A stretch of DNA of 64,000 nucleotides from Negaprion brevirostris (lineage: Eukaryota), in contig JARDVH010000042.1 in assembly GCA_030324005.1 (NCBI GenBank), positions 88,805,867 to 88,869,866 on the forward strand, given 5' to 3'. The position numbers and the translations under genes were made by a program. Position 1 is the first letter of the stretch; every line of letters begins with the position of its first letter. This document shows positions 38,384 to 50,909 of this stretch, piece after piece. The notes under the pieces were generated by a model that saw nothing but the letters and a program-made list of their open reading frames with translations, searched no databases and was not told the origin of the DNA.

Positions 38384-38548
38384 AAACGGAAAATTCTGGA
38401 AACGCTCAGGAGGGCGGCATCTGTGAAGAGAGAAACCGATCAACCTATCCAGTCAAGAGTTCTAATGAAAGTTTAATCATTAATTTCCTTCCTCTCTCCA
38501 CAAATGCTGCCTGACCTGCTGAGTGTTTCCAGAATCTTCTGCTTTTTA
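38384..38548. mobile_element. Fold-back (palindromic) hammerhead-family element
   Basis: Left arm AAAATTCTGGAAACGCTCAG...GGCATCTGTGAAGAGAG pairs with right arm CTCTCTCCACAAATGCTGCC...CTGAGTGTTTCCAGAAT; central AGAGTTCTAATGAAAG. Confidence 0.8.
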
Positions 38549-39854
38549 ATTCAAGATTTCTAGTGCTTGGAATATTTCATTATATATACTTGGAAGCCAT
38601 TTGAGCATCATTAGCATCCCTACAGTGCAGAAGGAGGCCATTCAGCTCANNNNNNNNNNNNNNNNNNNNNNNNNNNNNNNNNNNNNNNNNNNNNNNNNNN
38701 NNNNNNNNNNNNNNNNNNNNNNNNNNNNNNNNNNNNNNNNNNNNNNNNNNNNNNNNNNNNNNNNNNNNNNNNNNNNNNNNNNNNNNNNNNNNNNNNNNNN
38801 NNNNNNNNNNNNNNNNNNNNNNNNNNNNNNNNNNNNNNNNNNNNNNNNNNNNNNNNNNNNNNNNNNNNNNNNNNNNNNNNNNNNNNNNNNNNNNNNNNNN
38901 NNNNNNNNNNNNNNNNNNNNNNNNNNNNNNNNNNNNNNNNNNNNNNNNNNNNNNNNNNNNNNNNNNNNNNNNNNNNNNNNNNNNNNNNNNNNNNNNNNNN
39001 NNNNNNNNNNNNNNNNNNNNNNNNNNNNNNNNNNNNNNNNNNNNNNNNNNNNNNNNNNNNNNNNNNNNNNNNNNNNNNNNNNNNNNNNNNNNNNNNNNNN
39101 NNNNNNNNNNNNNNNNNNNNNNNNNNNNNNNNNNNNNNNNNNNNNNNNNNNNNNNNNNNNNNNNNNNNNNNNNNNNNNNNNNNNNNNNNNNNNNNNNNNN
39201 NNNNNNNNNNNNNNNNNNNNNNNNNNNNNNNNNNNNNNNNNNNNNNNNNNNNNNNNNNNNNNNNNNNNNNNNNNNNNNNNNNNNNNNNNNNNNNNNNNNN
39301 NNNNNNNNNNNNNNNNNNNNNNNNNNNNNNNNNNNNNNNNNNNNNNNNNNNNNNNNNNNNNNNNNNNNNNNNNNNNNNNNNNNNNNNNNNNNNNNNNNNN
39401 NNNNNNNNNNNNCCGAACTGGCTATTCTTTAGATTTTCCCCATTAAAGACTGACCATTCCTCTAAATTTGTGGCTGCCGTCTACCAGATGTAACGAGTGG
39501 CCCAGATTTGAAAATATTTCCAGTAAATGAAAACTTTCAACCAACACTGGGCTATTTTTCCATTACACCTATCTTCTGTTTTTATTGATGCTGCAGTGTG
39601 AATTTTAACTGACGTTTCTGGTAACCGTTAAAACTATATAATTGAACATTTACTCAGCAACCTCCATACCATCTAACGGGAACAAATTCTATCTTCCAGT
39701 GATGCTACCGCATTTTACAGGCCATTGCCTATAGTGGGCAAATCGTATTCGACCAAATAGCCTTGTTGTAAAGTGGTGGGGACAGGACAGAAGTTTCCAA
39801 ATCTATTTGCATTTCCATTTATGCAATCTGTCTGGAAGCATCTCCTTTAGAAAC

Positions 39855-40342
39855 CATAGAATCCCTACAATGCAGAAGGAGGCCATTTAACCCATTGACT
39901 CCTCCAACTCTCTGAAGAACATTTGTTCCCAGGTCTATCCCCCATCCTATCCCCATAACTCTGTACATTTACCATAACTAATCCACCTAACGTACACATC
40001 TTGGGACAGCAAGAGGCAATTTAGAGTGGTCAATCCACCTAACTCGCATATCNNNNNNNNNNNNNNNNNNNNNNNNNNNNNNNNNNNNNNNNNNNNNNNN
40101 NNNNNNNNNNNNNNNNNNNNNNNNNNNNNNNNNNNNNNNNNNNNNNNNNNNNGCAATTTCTTAGCATAGCCAATCAACCTAACCCGCACATCTTTGGACT
40201 GTGGGAGGAAACCGGAGCACCCGGAGGAAGCCCACACAGACATGGGGAGGATGTGCAAACTGCACACAGACAGTGATCCGAGGCTAGAATTGAACCTGGG
40301 TCCCTGACGCTGTGAGACAGCAGTGCTAACCACTGCCACCCT
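39855..40342 (-). mobile_element. HE1-type V-SINE(s) spanning a gap
   Basis: CATAGAATCCCTACAATGCAGAAGGAGGCC tail; GGAGGAAACCGGAGCACCCGGAGGAAGCCCAC core; head CAGTGCTAACCAC. Confidence 0.85.
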
Positions 40343-40939
40343 GTTGTAGGCTTTTAAAAGATAGTTTGGCCTGCAGCCTGTGTTCAGTAGGAAACTTGTT
40401 TGTTTGGCTCCCTCACATTGAGTCACCCTGTGTCACACCCTAACAGATACCATCTAATTCCTTCCCAGGTTGAACTACTTAAATTGGCTGAGGGGAGTGA
40501 AGGATTCAATGTGTAAAGGAGAGTTAAATGTGGTTTGGGGCTGAACAACACTAGGCAGGGAGTTTGTGCAGAAACTCATGAACTTGGAGTGCTTTTCCCT
40601 CTATTTTTCATGGATCATGAAGTGATCGTGATACTTTCCTATTCCTCATCATCTTCTGCCACTGTTGCTAATGAAAACAGGAAAGAAGGGTAGGAGAAAA
40701 GAATTAGTGGCTATTACTGCTTTCAGAAGAGGATTGCTAATGTCTGTAGTGTTTGAGATACTAGGCTTAACAGTGTTCAGTCAGCAACTTGTGGGAATAT
40801 GCTCTGGCATGCTATGAACTGAGTGTTTCTCCATGAGCTCCAAAACCTTTTGTTGAAGAGGCTGTAGTATGCCCAAAACGGCAAAACAAGTTGATCAGAA
40901 TGTTCTTTTGGGGGTGCGGGGGGGAAAGAAAGTCTTGAT

Positions 40940-41330
40940 CCTTGGTTTTATACAATGAAGCATAAGATAGAAAAACAAGCGAGTTTCGCTACTGCGTTAT
41001 AAATTACTGGCTAGGCTTCAACTGGGGCAACTGGTTCAATACTGGGCACCCCCACTTGGAAAAAGTGCAGAAGAAGTTTGCTAGAATGAGACTAATGAGA
41101 AGAAACTGGGGGAGCTGAAATTGTTCTCCTTGGATAAATCTCCTCTGATTTAAAAAGTATTCAAATCGAGGGGTTTTGATTGAGTACCTGGTGAGAAACT
41201 TTACCAATCATCCTGGCAATAAACAAAGGATATTTAAGGTAATTAAAAGAACCAGTGGCAAAATGAGAATTTTGTTTTTGTTGCAAGTTGATGATCTGGA
41301 ATGCCCAGTCTGAAAAAAGAGAGAGGGGGG
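40940..41330 (+). mobile_element. Decayed CR1 ORF2 C-terminal fragment
   Basis: TATAAATTACTGGCTAGGC...TGGGCACCCCAC...AAAGTGCAGAAGAAGTTTGCTAGAATG (Y..L.RP...W.P...KVQKKFARM). Confidence 0.6.
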
Positions 41331-41956
41331 GTGGATTCTGTAATTCTTTCCTTCAGAATCTGTGGACGCTATGAGAATTGAAATATTTAATACTGTTAGA
41401 CATTTTAGATTTTTATAAGTTAGTGTATCGATGGACATGGAGATCAATCATTTGAATGACATAAGGATTTCAAATGTGGATTTCGCAATTTGTGGTTAAA
41501 ATTGCAACATAAATTAGTTCTAGCAATAAACAATTGCAGTTCAGGTAAACTAAATGATAAGTAAACATTCTTGTCAGGAAATTGCGGGTTGGTGACTGTG
41601 AGCGTGAGGTCCAATCCCAGTTGTGTATTGCTTTTCCATTGTTATGTTCAACTGTATTCGCTGTCTAAGCCAACAAATTGGTTTTCACTGGCCCTAGAAG
41701 GGTATGTCCAATTTCTATGTTCTACCTGGTGATCTAGGCATGCTGTTTGGAAGAAGGCGTAGCCCCAGGGTATTTCATAAATCTGTTCCTGCAAGCAGTA
41801 CAAATCTACAAAGGAACAATGGCAAAGTTAAAGCTAATGCTGGAACAGCTCTTTACTTTCTCTTGTTGGTTACTCCTAGCTACCTCCATCTGCTGTCCAC
41901 TGTCTGCAGCTGAAAGGGAAGAAACAAAATGCCCCCAGGGAACAGCAATTGCTGTA

Positions 41957-42225
41957 ATAGTCATTTGGTAGTACTGCTGAAAAAAGTTGAAACTTTTTGT
42001 CTTGCACTCATCGCAATACTTTGCAAGAATACCGATGCAAGGGGAAAACCATTTATAGTTTGAGAAGAAAGTGCTGATTGGCAGGTGGACACTGGTAGAA
42101 GCGCTGCCATGGGAACTGCACGAGAAGACTGACAGCTAAGTGCCAAACATTGCTTGAAATTTAAACCAGGCAGCATGACCTCACTTGGTCAAAGCATTGC
42201 CTTGAGGAATGAGTCAGTGAATGTG
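41957..42225 (-). mobile_element. Hammerhead-bearing element family C
   Basis: Reverse-complement homologue of 44365-44616; reverse strand GATGAGTGCAAGACAAAAAGTTTCAAC; terminus ATAGTCATTTGGTA shared with 54127. Confidence 0.75.
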
Positions 42226-42351
42226 CCTGTTTCAGCTCAACAACAGCCAATGTGTGTACCTGTTCTTTCTGTCTGCAAAGAACAGGGTCCTGAGTATTAA
42301 TGTATGCGGCTTCCAAATGTGCCACACTGAGCCCGACTGACAATCTTAAAA

Positions 42352-43965
42352 TTGATTTTGATTTGATTTATTATTGTCACATGTATTAGTATATAGTGAA
42401 AAGTATTGTTCCTTGTGTGCTGCACAAACAAAGCACACCGTACATAGAGAAGGAAAGGATGGAGTACAGAAGGCAATGTTACAGTTCTCGCTAGGGTGCA
42501 GAGAAAGATCAACTTCATGCAAGGTAGGTCCATTCTAAAGGCTGATGGCAGCAGGGAAGAAGCTGTTCTTGATTCGGTTGGTGTGTATCCTCAGACTTTT
42601 CTATCTTTTTCCCGACAGAAGAAGGTGGAAGAGAGATTGTCCAGCGTGATTATGCTGGCTGTTTTCCCAAGGCAGCTGGAAGTGTGGACAGAGTCTGTAT
42701 GATGGACTGGGCTTCGTTCACAACCCTCCTTAGTTTTTTGTGGTCTTGGATAGAGCAGGAGCCATACCACGCTGTGAAGGAACCAGGAAAAAATGCTTTC
42801 CATGGAGCATATGTAAAAGTTGATGAGATCAAAGCAGATATGCCAAATTTCCTTAGTCTCCTGAGAAGGTAGAGGTGTTGGAGGGCTTTCTTAACTACAG
42901 TGCAGGTATGGGATAGGTTGTTAGTGGTCTGGACACCTAGAAACTTGAAGCTGTCAGCCATTTTCACTTTGTCTTTGATGTAGACAGGGGCACATCCTCC
43001 ATTACGCTTCCTGAAGTCGATGACCATCTCCTTCATTTTGTTGACATTGAGGGAGAAATTCTTGTCATCGTATTAGTTCATCAGATTTTCCATCTCTTTC
43101 CTGTACTCTGTTTCATCGTTGTTTGAGATTTGACCCACTACAGTGGTGCCATCAGGAAACTTGAAAATCGAGTCGGAGGGGAATTTAGCCACAGTCACAG
43201 GTGTATAAGGAGTATAATAACGGGCTGAGGACACCCCCTTGTGGGGCAGCAGTGTTGAGGATGATCATGGAGAAGGTGATGTTGCAATCATCACAATACT
43301 TTGTAAGAATACTGACACAAGGGGAAAACCATTTATAGTGTATGAGAAGAAAGTGCTGATTGGCAAGTGGACACTGGGAGAAGCATTGCCATGGGAACTG
43401 CACTAGAAGATGCCTATCGTTACTGATTATGGTCTATGGGTTAGGAACTCTAGGATCCAGTCGTGAAGGGAGGAGCCAAGCCCCAGACCACAGAATTTGG
43501 AGATGAGTTTGTAGGAATAATGGTATTGAGCTGTGGTGAATAAATAGAAGTCTGACATAGGTACCTTTTGTTATCTAAGTTTTCCAGGGTTGAGTATAGA
43601 GCCAGGGAAATGGCATCTGCTGTGGACCTGTTGCAGTGATAGGTGAACTGTAATGGGTCCAGGCAATCTGAGGCCAGAGTTGATCTGTGCCATGATTAGC
43701 CTTTGAAGCACTTCATAATGATGGATGTCAGAGCCGCCAGTCATTAGTCATTCAGACATGCTTGGCTTTTCTTTGATACCGGGATGATGGCCATCTTTTT
43801 GAAGCAGCTGAGGACCTTAGATTGATGTAAAGAGAGGTTAAAGATGTCTGCGAATACCCCTGCCAGCTGGTCCACACAAGATCTGAATATCTGTCTGGTT
43901 ACCCTATCCAGGTCAGTCAATTTCCATGGGTTGACTTTTGAGAAGGCTGCTCTGATGTCTGCGAT
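42352..43965 (-). mobile_element. Rex1/Babar-like LINE, decayed RT region
   Basis: DQLAGVFADIFNLSL..CFKKMAIIPVSKK; TAAPQGGVLSPLLYSLYTCDC; KEMVIDFRK..DSFKFLGV..KKALQHLYLLRRLRKFG; (TTGAT)n tail at 42352. Confidence 0.9.
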
Positions 43966-44364
43966 GGTTATCAACATCATTCTTAGCAAGGTATAGACCA
44001 TACCCAACCAGCTGGCATGCTCAGAACATAGTGTCCAACATTAGGTGTGATTCTACAATTGAACAATATTTGCTAAGTAATCATTAGAACTATGCTGATA
44101 GCCGATTTATGATGGGCAGTCAGGCTCAGGTGAGGTGCATTTGCGTGTACTGATGGCTACATATAAGACCATAAATAGGAACAGGTGTAAGCCATTTAGC
44201 CCCTCATGTCCGTGCTGCCATTCAGTACGATTGTGGCTGATCCAACGTCCACTTTCCTGCTTTTTCCCTGTAATCCTTGATTCCTTTACTGTTCAAAAAT
44301 CTATCTCAGCTTTTAAATGTACACACATTGCACCTGATTCAGCTGAACAAAATAAAGTGACAGC

Positions 44365-44616
44365 CATTTGCTGACTCATTCCTCAGGGCAATTCCTTACC
44401 AATCAAAGTTGAACTGCCTGGTTTAAATTTTAAGCAATTCTTGGCAGTTTACAGTCACTTGATGCATTCCCCATGACATTGATTGACAAGTAGACTCTGG
44501 ATGAGGTAATCAGCACTTTCTTTTCATACAAGTTGTTGTCTTCCTTGTTTTGGTATTTTTGTAAAGTATCCTGATGAGTGCCAGATGAAAAGCTTTAACA
44601 TGTACCTTTTCAGCAA
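44365..44616 (+). mobile_element. Hammerhead-bearing element family C
   Basis: CTGATGA-GTGCCAGAT-GAAA-AGCTT at 44571-44595; body homologous to 41957-42225. Confidence 0.75.
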
Positions 44617-45035
44617 TTTCATTTATATAGCAACTTTAACATATCAGGGCCCTAAGGCCTCTCATTGGAGTTTACCAAATGTAATTTGATAGTGAGATAG
44701 ATAAGGTATTAGCACAGGTAACCATAAACTTGGGCAAAAAGATTATTTTTTATGTGCATTGCTAACAATAAGCTAGAATTGGAAGAGCACAGAGATTTCT
44801 TAGCGTTTTAGGGCTGGAACGAGTTGGCTATGAAGAGGATCAAGGTCATGGAGTGAACTGAAAACAAGGATGAGAATTTTAAAATAGAATGTTGCTGGAT
44901 TGACAGCTGTTGGGGCTGATGGGTGATTAAGTCTTTGTTTTAAAATGAATTCAAGTTGGTGGAGAGGACGAGGGCAAAAGATAGGAGGCTTGAAGCTGGC
45001 CACGGAGCATTGGAACAGTCAACTTTAGAGGTAAC
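44617..45035 (-). mobile_element. L2 LINE 3' fragment
   Basis: TTTCATTTATATAGCAACTTT tail; reverse FKILILVFSSLHDLDP. Confidence 0.7.
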
Positions 45036-45596
45036 CCTTTTTGTCAATGTTGCTCCATAACTGCTGGCTAAGCTATGTACAGGAACTGAATATGTTGACT
45101 CATCTTCCAATTCTACTGCTTCTGTATCTGCACGTGTTCATTCTGACGTCCCTGCTGTTAACTTTAGCTCTTGCCTTCGATTTCCTGTAGGTAAAAATAT
45201 CTCCTCCATTTCAGTAAATTCATCCAGCTTTTAACCTTGAAAAATATCTAGTCATTTCTACTTGTTCAGCAAAAATTGAATGAATCAATCATGACTTCCT
45301 TTTTATTGAAATTAGCATTTTTAATAATTTCTGTATTTGTCGCGAAGACTTACTTTTTGCTTTCACTCCAAATTAGGCAGCATTAATGCCAAGTCCACTG
45401 TTACATAATGACTTTGATCATTTAACAATCCAGTCTAGTATTTCAGCTAATCTCGTGGACCTTTACCACATCTCTTATTTTAGCTCATGTCGGATCTATC
45501 TCGCTACTTTTTAGAAATCACTACCTTGCATGTCTTTTGCTCGCTACTCTGTAACAAATCACACTGAAAAACTGCTCCCACTCATACATTATAGAG

Positions 45597-45812
45597 CCAT
45601 AGAGGTTTATACATGGAAACGGGCCCTTTAGCCTAATTTGTCTATGCCATCCAGATTTTACCACTAAGCTAGTCCCCATTGCCTACGTTTTGTCCATATC
45701 CCTCTATACCCATTGTACCCATGTAACTGTCTAAATGCTTTTTAAAAGACAAAATTGTACCCGCCTCTACTACTGCCTCTGGCAGCTCGTTCCAGACACT
45801 CACCACCCTCTG
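45597..45812 (-). mobile_element. CR1 LINE 3' end, little diverged, runs into gap
   Basis: QRVVSVWNELPEAVVEAGTILSFKKHLDSYM, canonical CR1 ORF2 C-terminus. Confidence 0.9.
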
Positions 45813-47689
45813 NNNNNNNNNNNNNNNNNNNNNNNNNNNNNNNNNNNNNNNNNNNNNNNNNNNNNNNNNNNNNNNNNNNNNNNNNNNNNNNNNNNNNNNN
45901 NNNNNNNNNNNNNNNNNNNNNNNNNNNNNNNNNNNNNNNNNNNNNNNNNNNNNNNNNNNNNNNNNNNNNNNNNNNNNNNNNNNNNNNNNNNNNNNNNNNN
46001 NNNNNNNNNNNNNNNNNNNNNNNNNNNNNNNNNNNNNNNNNNNNNNNNNNNNNNNNNNNNNNNNNNNNNNNNNNNNNNNNNNNNNNNNNNNNNNNNNNNN
46101 NNNNNNNNNNNNNNNNNNNNNNNNNNNNNNNNNNNNNNNNNNNNNNNNNNNNNNNNNNNNNNNNNNNNNNNNNNNNNNNNNNNNNNNNNNNNNNNNNNNN
46201 NNNNNNNNNNNNNNNNNNNNNNNNNNNNNNNNNNNNNNNNNNNNNNNNNNNNNNNNNNNNNNNNNNNNNNNNNNNNNNNNNNNNNNNNNNNNNNNNNNNN
46301 NNNNNNNNNNNNNNNNNNNNNNNNNNNNNNNNNNNNNNNNNNNNNNNNNNNNNNNNNNNNNNNNNNNNNNNNNNNNNNNNNNNNNNNNNNNNNNNNNNNN
46401 NNNNNNNNNNNNNNNNNNNNNNNNNNNNNNNNNNNNNNNNNNNNNNNNNNNNNNNNNNNNNNNNNNNNNNNNNNNNNNNNNNNNNNNNNNNNNNNNNNNN
46501 NNNNNNNNNNNNNNNNNNNNNNNNNNNNNNNNNNNNNNNNNNNNNNNNNNNNNNNNNNNNNNNNNNNNNNNNNNNNNNNNNNNNNNNNNNNNNNNNNNNN
46601 NNNNNNNNNNNNNNNNNNNNNNNNNNNNNNNNNNNNNNNNNNNNNNNNNNNNNNNNNNNNNNNNNNNNNNNNACAAGCCCTATTCGCATAACCTCATGCA
46701 TTTACCCTAGCTAGTTCCCCTGACACTAAAGGGCAATTTAGCATGGCCAATCCGCCTAACCCGCACATCCTTGGACTCTTCACGTCCACTTGATTGCCCT
46801 TTCCCCATAACCCTTGATTCCCATACAGATCAAAAAATCTATCTCAGCCGTTACAAAATAAACTGTGGATCATGCTTAAAAGCTACAAAGAACGCCAAGA
46901 TGTGCAGATCACTGACATCATGGACTTATTTTTGACTTGAGACATTGCTATAATGTAATGCCATAATGTGCATTCCCATATGCCAATTAGCAAAGAAGTA
47001 TGACAATTAAAATGTATGGAACAGTAAAGTTGCTGCACAATAGTATTTACTTATTTCAGCCGTGACCCTTATCTGGTGACGCAGTGAGTAGATGCAAGTA
47101 GGACTTTCATCTGTAACATGTCCAGCTCTCCTAGTGCACAAACCCAGAACATAATCTTCCTTTTTAAGCAGTCATGTGGTCAGTCACTTGAACACTGAAG
47201 GCTGCCCTCCCATGTCATTCGTTCCAATCATGTTGCATGCTATTTATATGAGACTTTATTGTTACAGTAAGTAAGTAAAATCTCCCATCCAGTTAACAGA
47301 TGGTATATGTTGTATTTTTTAACTATTTATCAAAAACAGCCAAAAGAGCAATTGAAACACACTGTTCAAGGTTCATAACAATTGCAACATGAGCATTTTA
47401 CCTATTTCTAACCTTGTGTGTGTTTTTAAAATGGGAAAGACAAGATCTGATCATTGTGTTTAATTCTTAGGTTGGGATTAAGTGGGATTTAAAACTATTT
47501 ACAGTTTCAGAGATATCTTTGGTGATTGACCTTAGCTAATCATTTTAGCTGTGACTTTGGTTACATGATGTTTAGTTTGGAGTTTCAAAATTTGCTGTTA
47601 GATAATTTTCATTAGGAACAAATAGAATTACATGATGTTTATTGCTGTTAAGAATTATTATGGTATTATCGTGAACAGCAACATGCATT

Positions 47690-47970
47690 TCCTGCAGAGC
47701 TATTGTCTCAAGGAAAAGGAAGGATCAATCTTGAGCAATATGGTAGAATGACTGCTGGTTAAAAGCGTGGATAAAGATGTGTTTTGAAAAGACTTTAGAA
47801 AGGGATTGAAAAACTGAGCAGGGAGGGTTAAGGTTGAAAACTGTCTGGTGTTGGAATGAAGGGTGGGTTGGATGCACAAGAGGCTAGAGTTGGAGGTCTC
47901 AAAACTATGGAGAGGCAAGGCTATGGAGGGGCATGTAAATGAGGATTTTGAATGCAGCATTTGGGGACCA
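47690..47970 (-). mobile_element. Decayed L2-like fragment
   Basis: Purine-rich + strand with GGGAGGGTTAAGG...GATGCACAAGAGGCTAGAGTTGGAGG...GCTATGGAGGG, similar to 59640-60430. Confidence 0.5.
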
Positions 47971-48388
47971 ACAGATAAGTGGGCATGTAGAATGCAGGCT
48001 GTTTGATACCTGGAGTGGAACAGTTGTGTTGGGTGGGGTGGAGTAACTAATCAGGATTTTGGTGGGGAATAGTCCACCCAGTTATCACATATTTGGCAGA
48101 AGGATCCTGAAACAAGTACAGGAAATGGCTTTGCAAACATTAATTGATCCAGTGCAACTTCATTGCAGTGTTAATGTAAGTCTACTTGTGACACCAATAA
48201 ATTAAACTTAACTGCCCAGTACATCTGAAAACTGGGAACCAATATGACAGTGGCTGTATTGATTTTAGATGTGGCACTTCAAGCCCAGAAATTGATATTC
48301 ATTATGCTGGATGTTTGCTGACTGTGGCCTCCATCAAGTTAGAGGATATTGGATAAGACCCACCATAAAAGTTGGGTCTGACGTTTAA

Positions 48389-48572
48389 GATAGAATCCCT
48401 ACAGAGCAGAAGGAAGAGGCTATCTGGTCCATCCTGTATGCACCGACTCCCCAAAAGAACATCACTTGTTCGCTATCCCTGTAACCCTTTGCATTTACCA
48501 TGGTTAATCCACCTAAGCACTCTCTTCTGTGCAATTCAGCATGGCAATCCATCTAACCGGCACATCTTTGCA
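48389..48572 (-). mobile_element. HE1-type SINE 3' half
   Basis: ATAGAATCCCTACAGAGCAGAAGGAAGAGGC...AATCCATCTAACCGGCACATCTTTG. Confidence 0.75.
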
Positions 48573-50909
48573 TCTAGAAACATACAAATACTTGAATTAT
48601 CTATTATGGGTAACCCATTTAATTGAAACAGTTTTAAGATAATGGTTATCAAAAAATTCAAGCTAGCAAGAGGTTTTGTGCAGTTGGGATTGAGACGCAT
48701 TTTTGAAACAGAATAGAGGGAACTTAACACTGTTAGATACTATATTTGACCTGAAAGTGTTTGATGTTTACTGGAATGAAAAGGGTTCTATTCCCAAACA
48801 TTACCATAAGTATAAAACTACACAATCAACTTTTAAAACGGTCTATGCTATCCAAAGCATATTTGTATCAATAGCAGCCATCAAAATTTTTTGTTATGAG
48901 TATACATAATAATAAATGCTTGCCTCAAACAGCATGTCAGAGAATGTGGGCATTACACAAATTTACTGTCATCTACATTGTCTTAAAGTTTAACCTCCAG
49001 CCTTGTGGAAGACTACAAATTAATTTAAATACAAAACACCATAATTGGTAGGCTAGGGGTTAAAGTTCCTAAAGATGAAACACTGATATACTTTCAAAAT
49101 GAAATAGATTATGCTTCAGAAGACCTGAAACAAATATCATTCAGCAAAACAGAACTTAGCAGCAACAACAGCAATCATAGACAACAGTTGCGTTTCAAAT
49201 AACAAACAACTATTAACAGAAAATGCAACAAATCCCACAAGGTGCTCGAAAGCAGTAAGTATATTCTATTTGTTTTCATGGATGGAAATACGTATTGTCG
49301 TCACAACAAGTTCAGCAGAGGTCAACATGCAGAACATTTGAACAATTTTCAAATACACGACCAGCAGTGCATTCCTTTGTCTTGTCAGGCCAAACATCAA
49401 CTGTGACAAAGAATGGCCAAATAACCTTTATTTAAGTATTTGCAGGCCAAGGTGCACTGAAGAAGGAAAGTGTGAGTTGATACATCAAAAGGCTGCAGAA
49501 TTGAAAATTATCCGCTGTTAGAGAATATTATTTGTGACTTTGATTTGGAGAATTTTGCTGTGAAAGAGGTTAAAATCCAAATAGAAAAATTCAAATGGGG
49601 ATTTGCAGTGATATGAAGCATTGATCTTTGAGGTAGCACCGTGTTTGAGAATCTTTTTGGGACTGGGATGACAGTATGCAAAAATGACGGACCTTGACCT
49701 TATTTTGACAGAAGGAGAGTAATGTCTGAGGAGAGCATGCCACTTCCAATCCCAGCTAGTATGGAAGTCAGGAAGGGAATTTGAATGGACAGCAGTTTGT
49801 TCATTGCATAGGAATACAATGTAATGTAGAAAATCACTCCAAAGACTATACAGATAACATGACCAAATACCAATTAGCCAGAAATCATCATTATTTTAAT
49901 TTTTCAACAGAACTACATCAGCTCAAATAAACATGGGTACAGGAAAACATTTTTCTCCCACACCTTCTGTAGAATAGGAAAAAAAGGCAACTTGATCAGT
50001 GGCTTCTCAGATCAAGATTAAAATGGAAAAAATTAAATAACTGCTGTGGGTTTCATTAGCATGACAGTTTTGTGTACAGTGTGATATATTACGATAAATA
50101 GTTTAAAATTTAGCTGTTAGCTATTATGCTTCAGATGTGATCGATTTGCCTTTGTACAGTTTCAAGTGCATTAATAGATATCAAGGAAATGTTCAAACCG
50201 AGCTTAATAGAAGCCCACATTACAACTATTCTGATCACTCCCCAATTCCCCATTTTAAAGTCCTTTGGTTTATTTCCCATTTCATATTGTCCTATGTTTT
50301 CTCCAACACTGAGGCAACTTGTGTTTTCTGAACTATTTTAGAATGGTGTGTTTAGCATGGAGGTGTACCGAAAGCTTTAAAAGTGGGCTGTTACGTGAAA
50401 GCTATGCAAACGTGAGATTGGAAAGCACCCATAAACGGGTCTTTCAAACATTTGGAGATTTTCTTGGCATTTATAGCCTAATATTTCTTTGCAGACTGAG
50501 ACAGTTAAATTACAGTTTTGCTTTTCAAAAAAAAATAATGACGTGAAAGCCTATGCATAATTGTACATCCAGTAATCCTTAAGTATCACAGACTTTCCTA
50601 TTTGGGAATTTTAATGTTTGCATGTAATTATTTCTTTAGCTTGCATTTATTTAATATACAAAGTAAAATGCATTCCAAGAGCAGTCTGAAGAATTATTTT
50701 AGTTAACGGCATTGTAAATATACCCACAGCAATATTCTAATCATGTTATATCAAAACCATTAATCTGTTTCATTCAAATGTATTTCTAATTTTGTGACAG
50801 CTAACCAGAAGAAATCTTCCTGAGAATTTTGGAAATACTGAACATGCAGAACTTCAAATAATTTCCTACCATGTGAATTATCGTTCGTTTTGGAAAATGT
50901 CTATCCAGC

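Noticed and set aside
44571-44600. Currently active hammerhead ribozyme
   Set aside because: The core is intact, but stem I and stem II carry mismatches in this copy; only the reconstructed ancestor is predicted to be competent.
38601-46714. Long ORFs of 281-335 aa in the ORF track
   Set aside because: They consist almost entirely of N-derived X residues.
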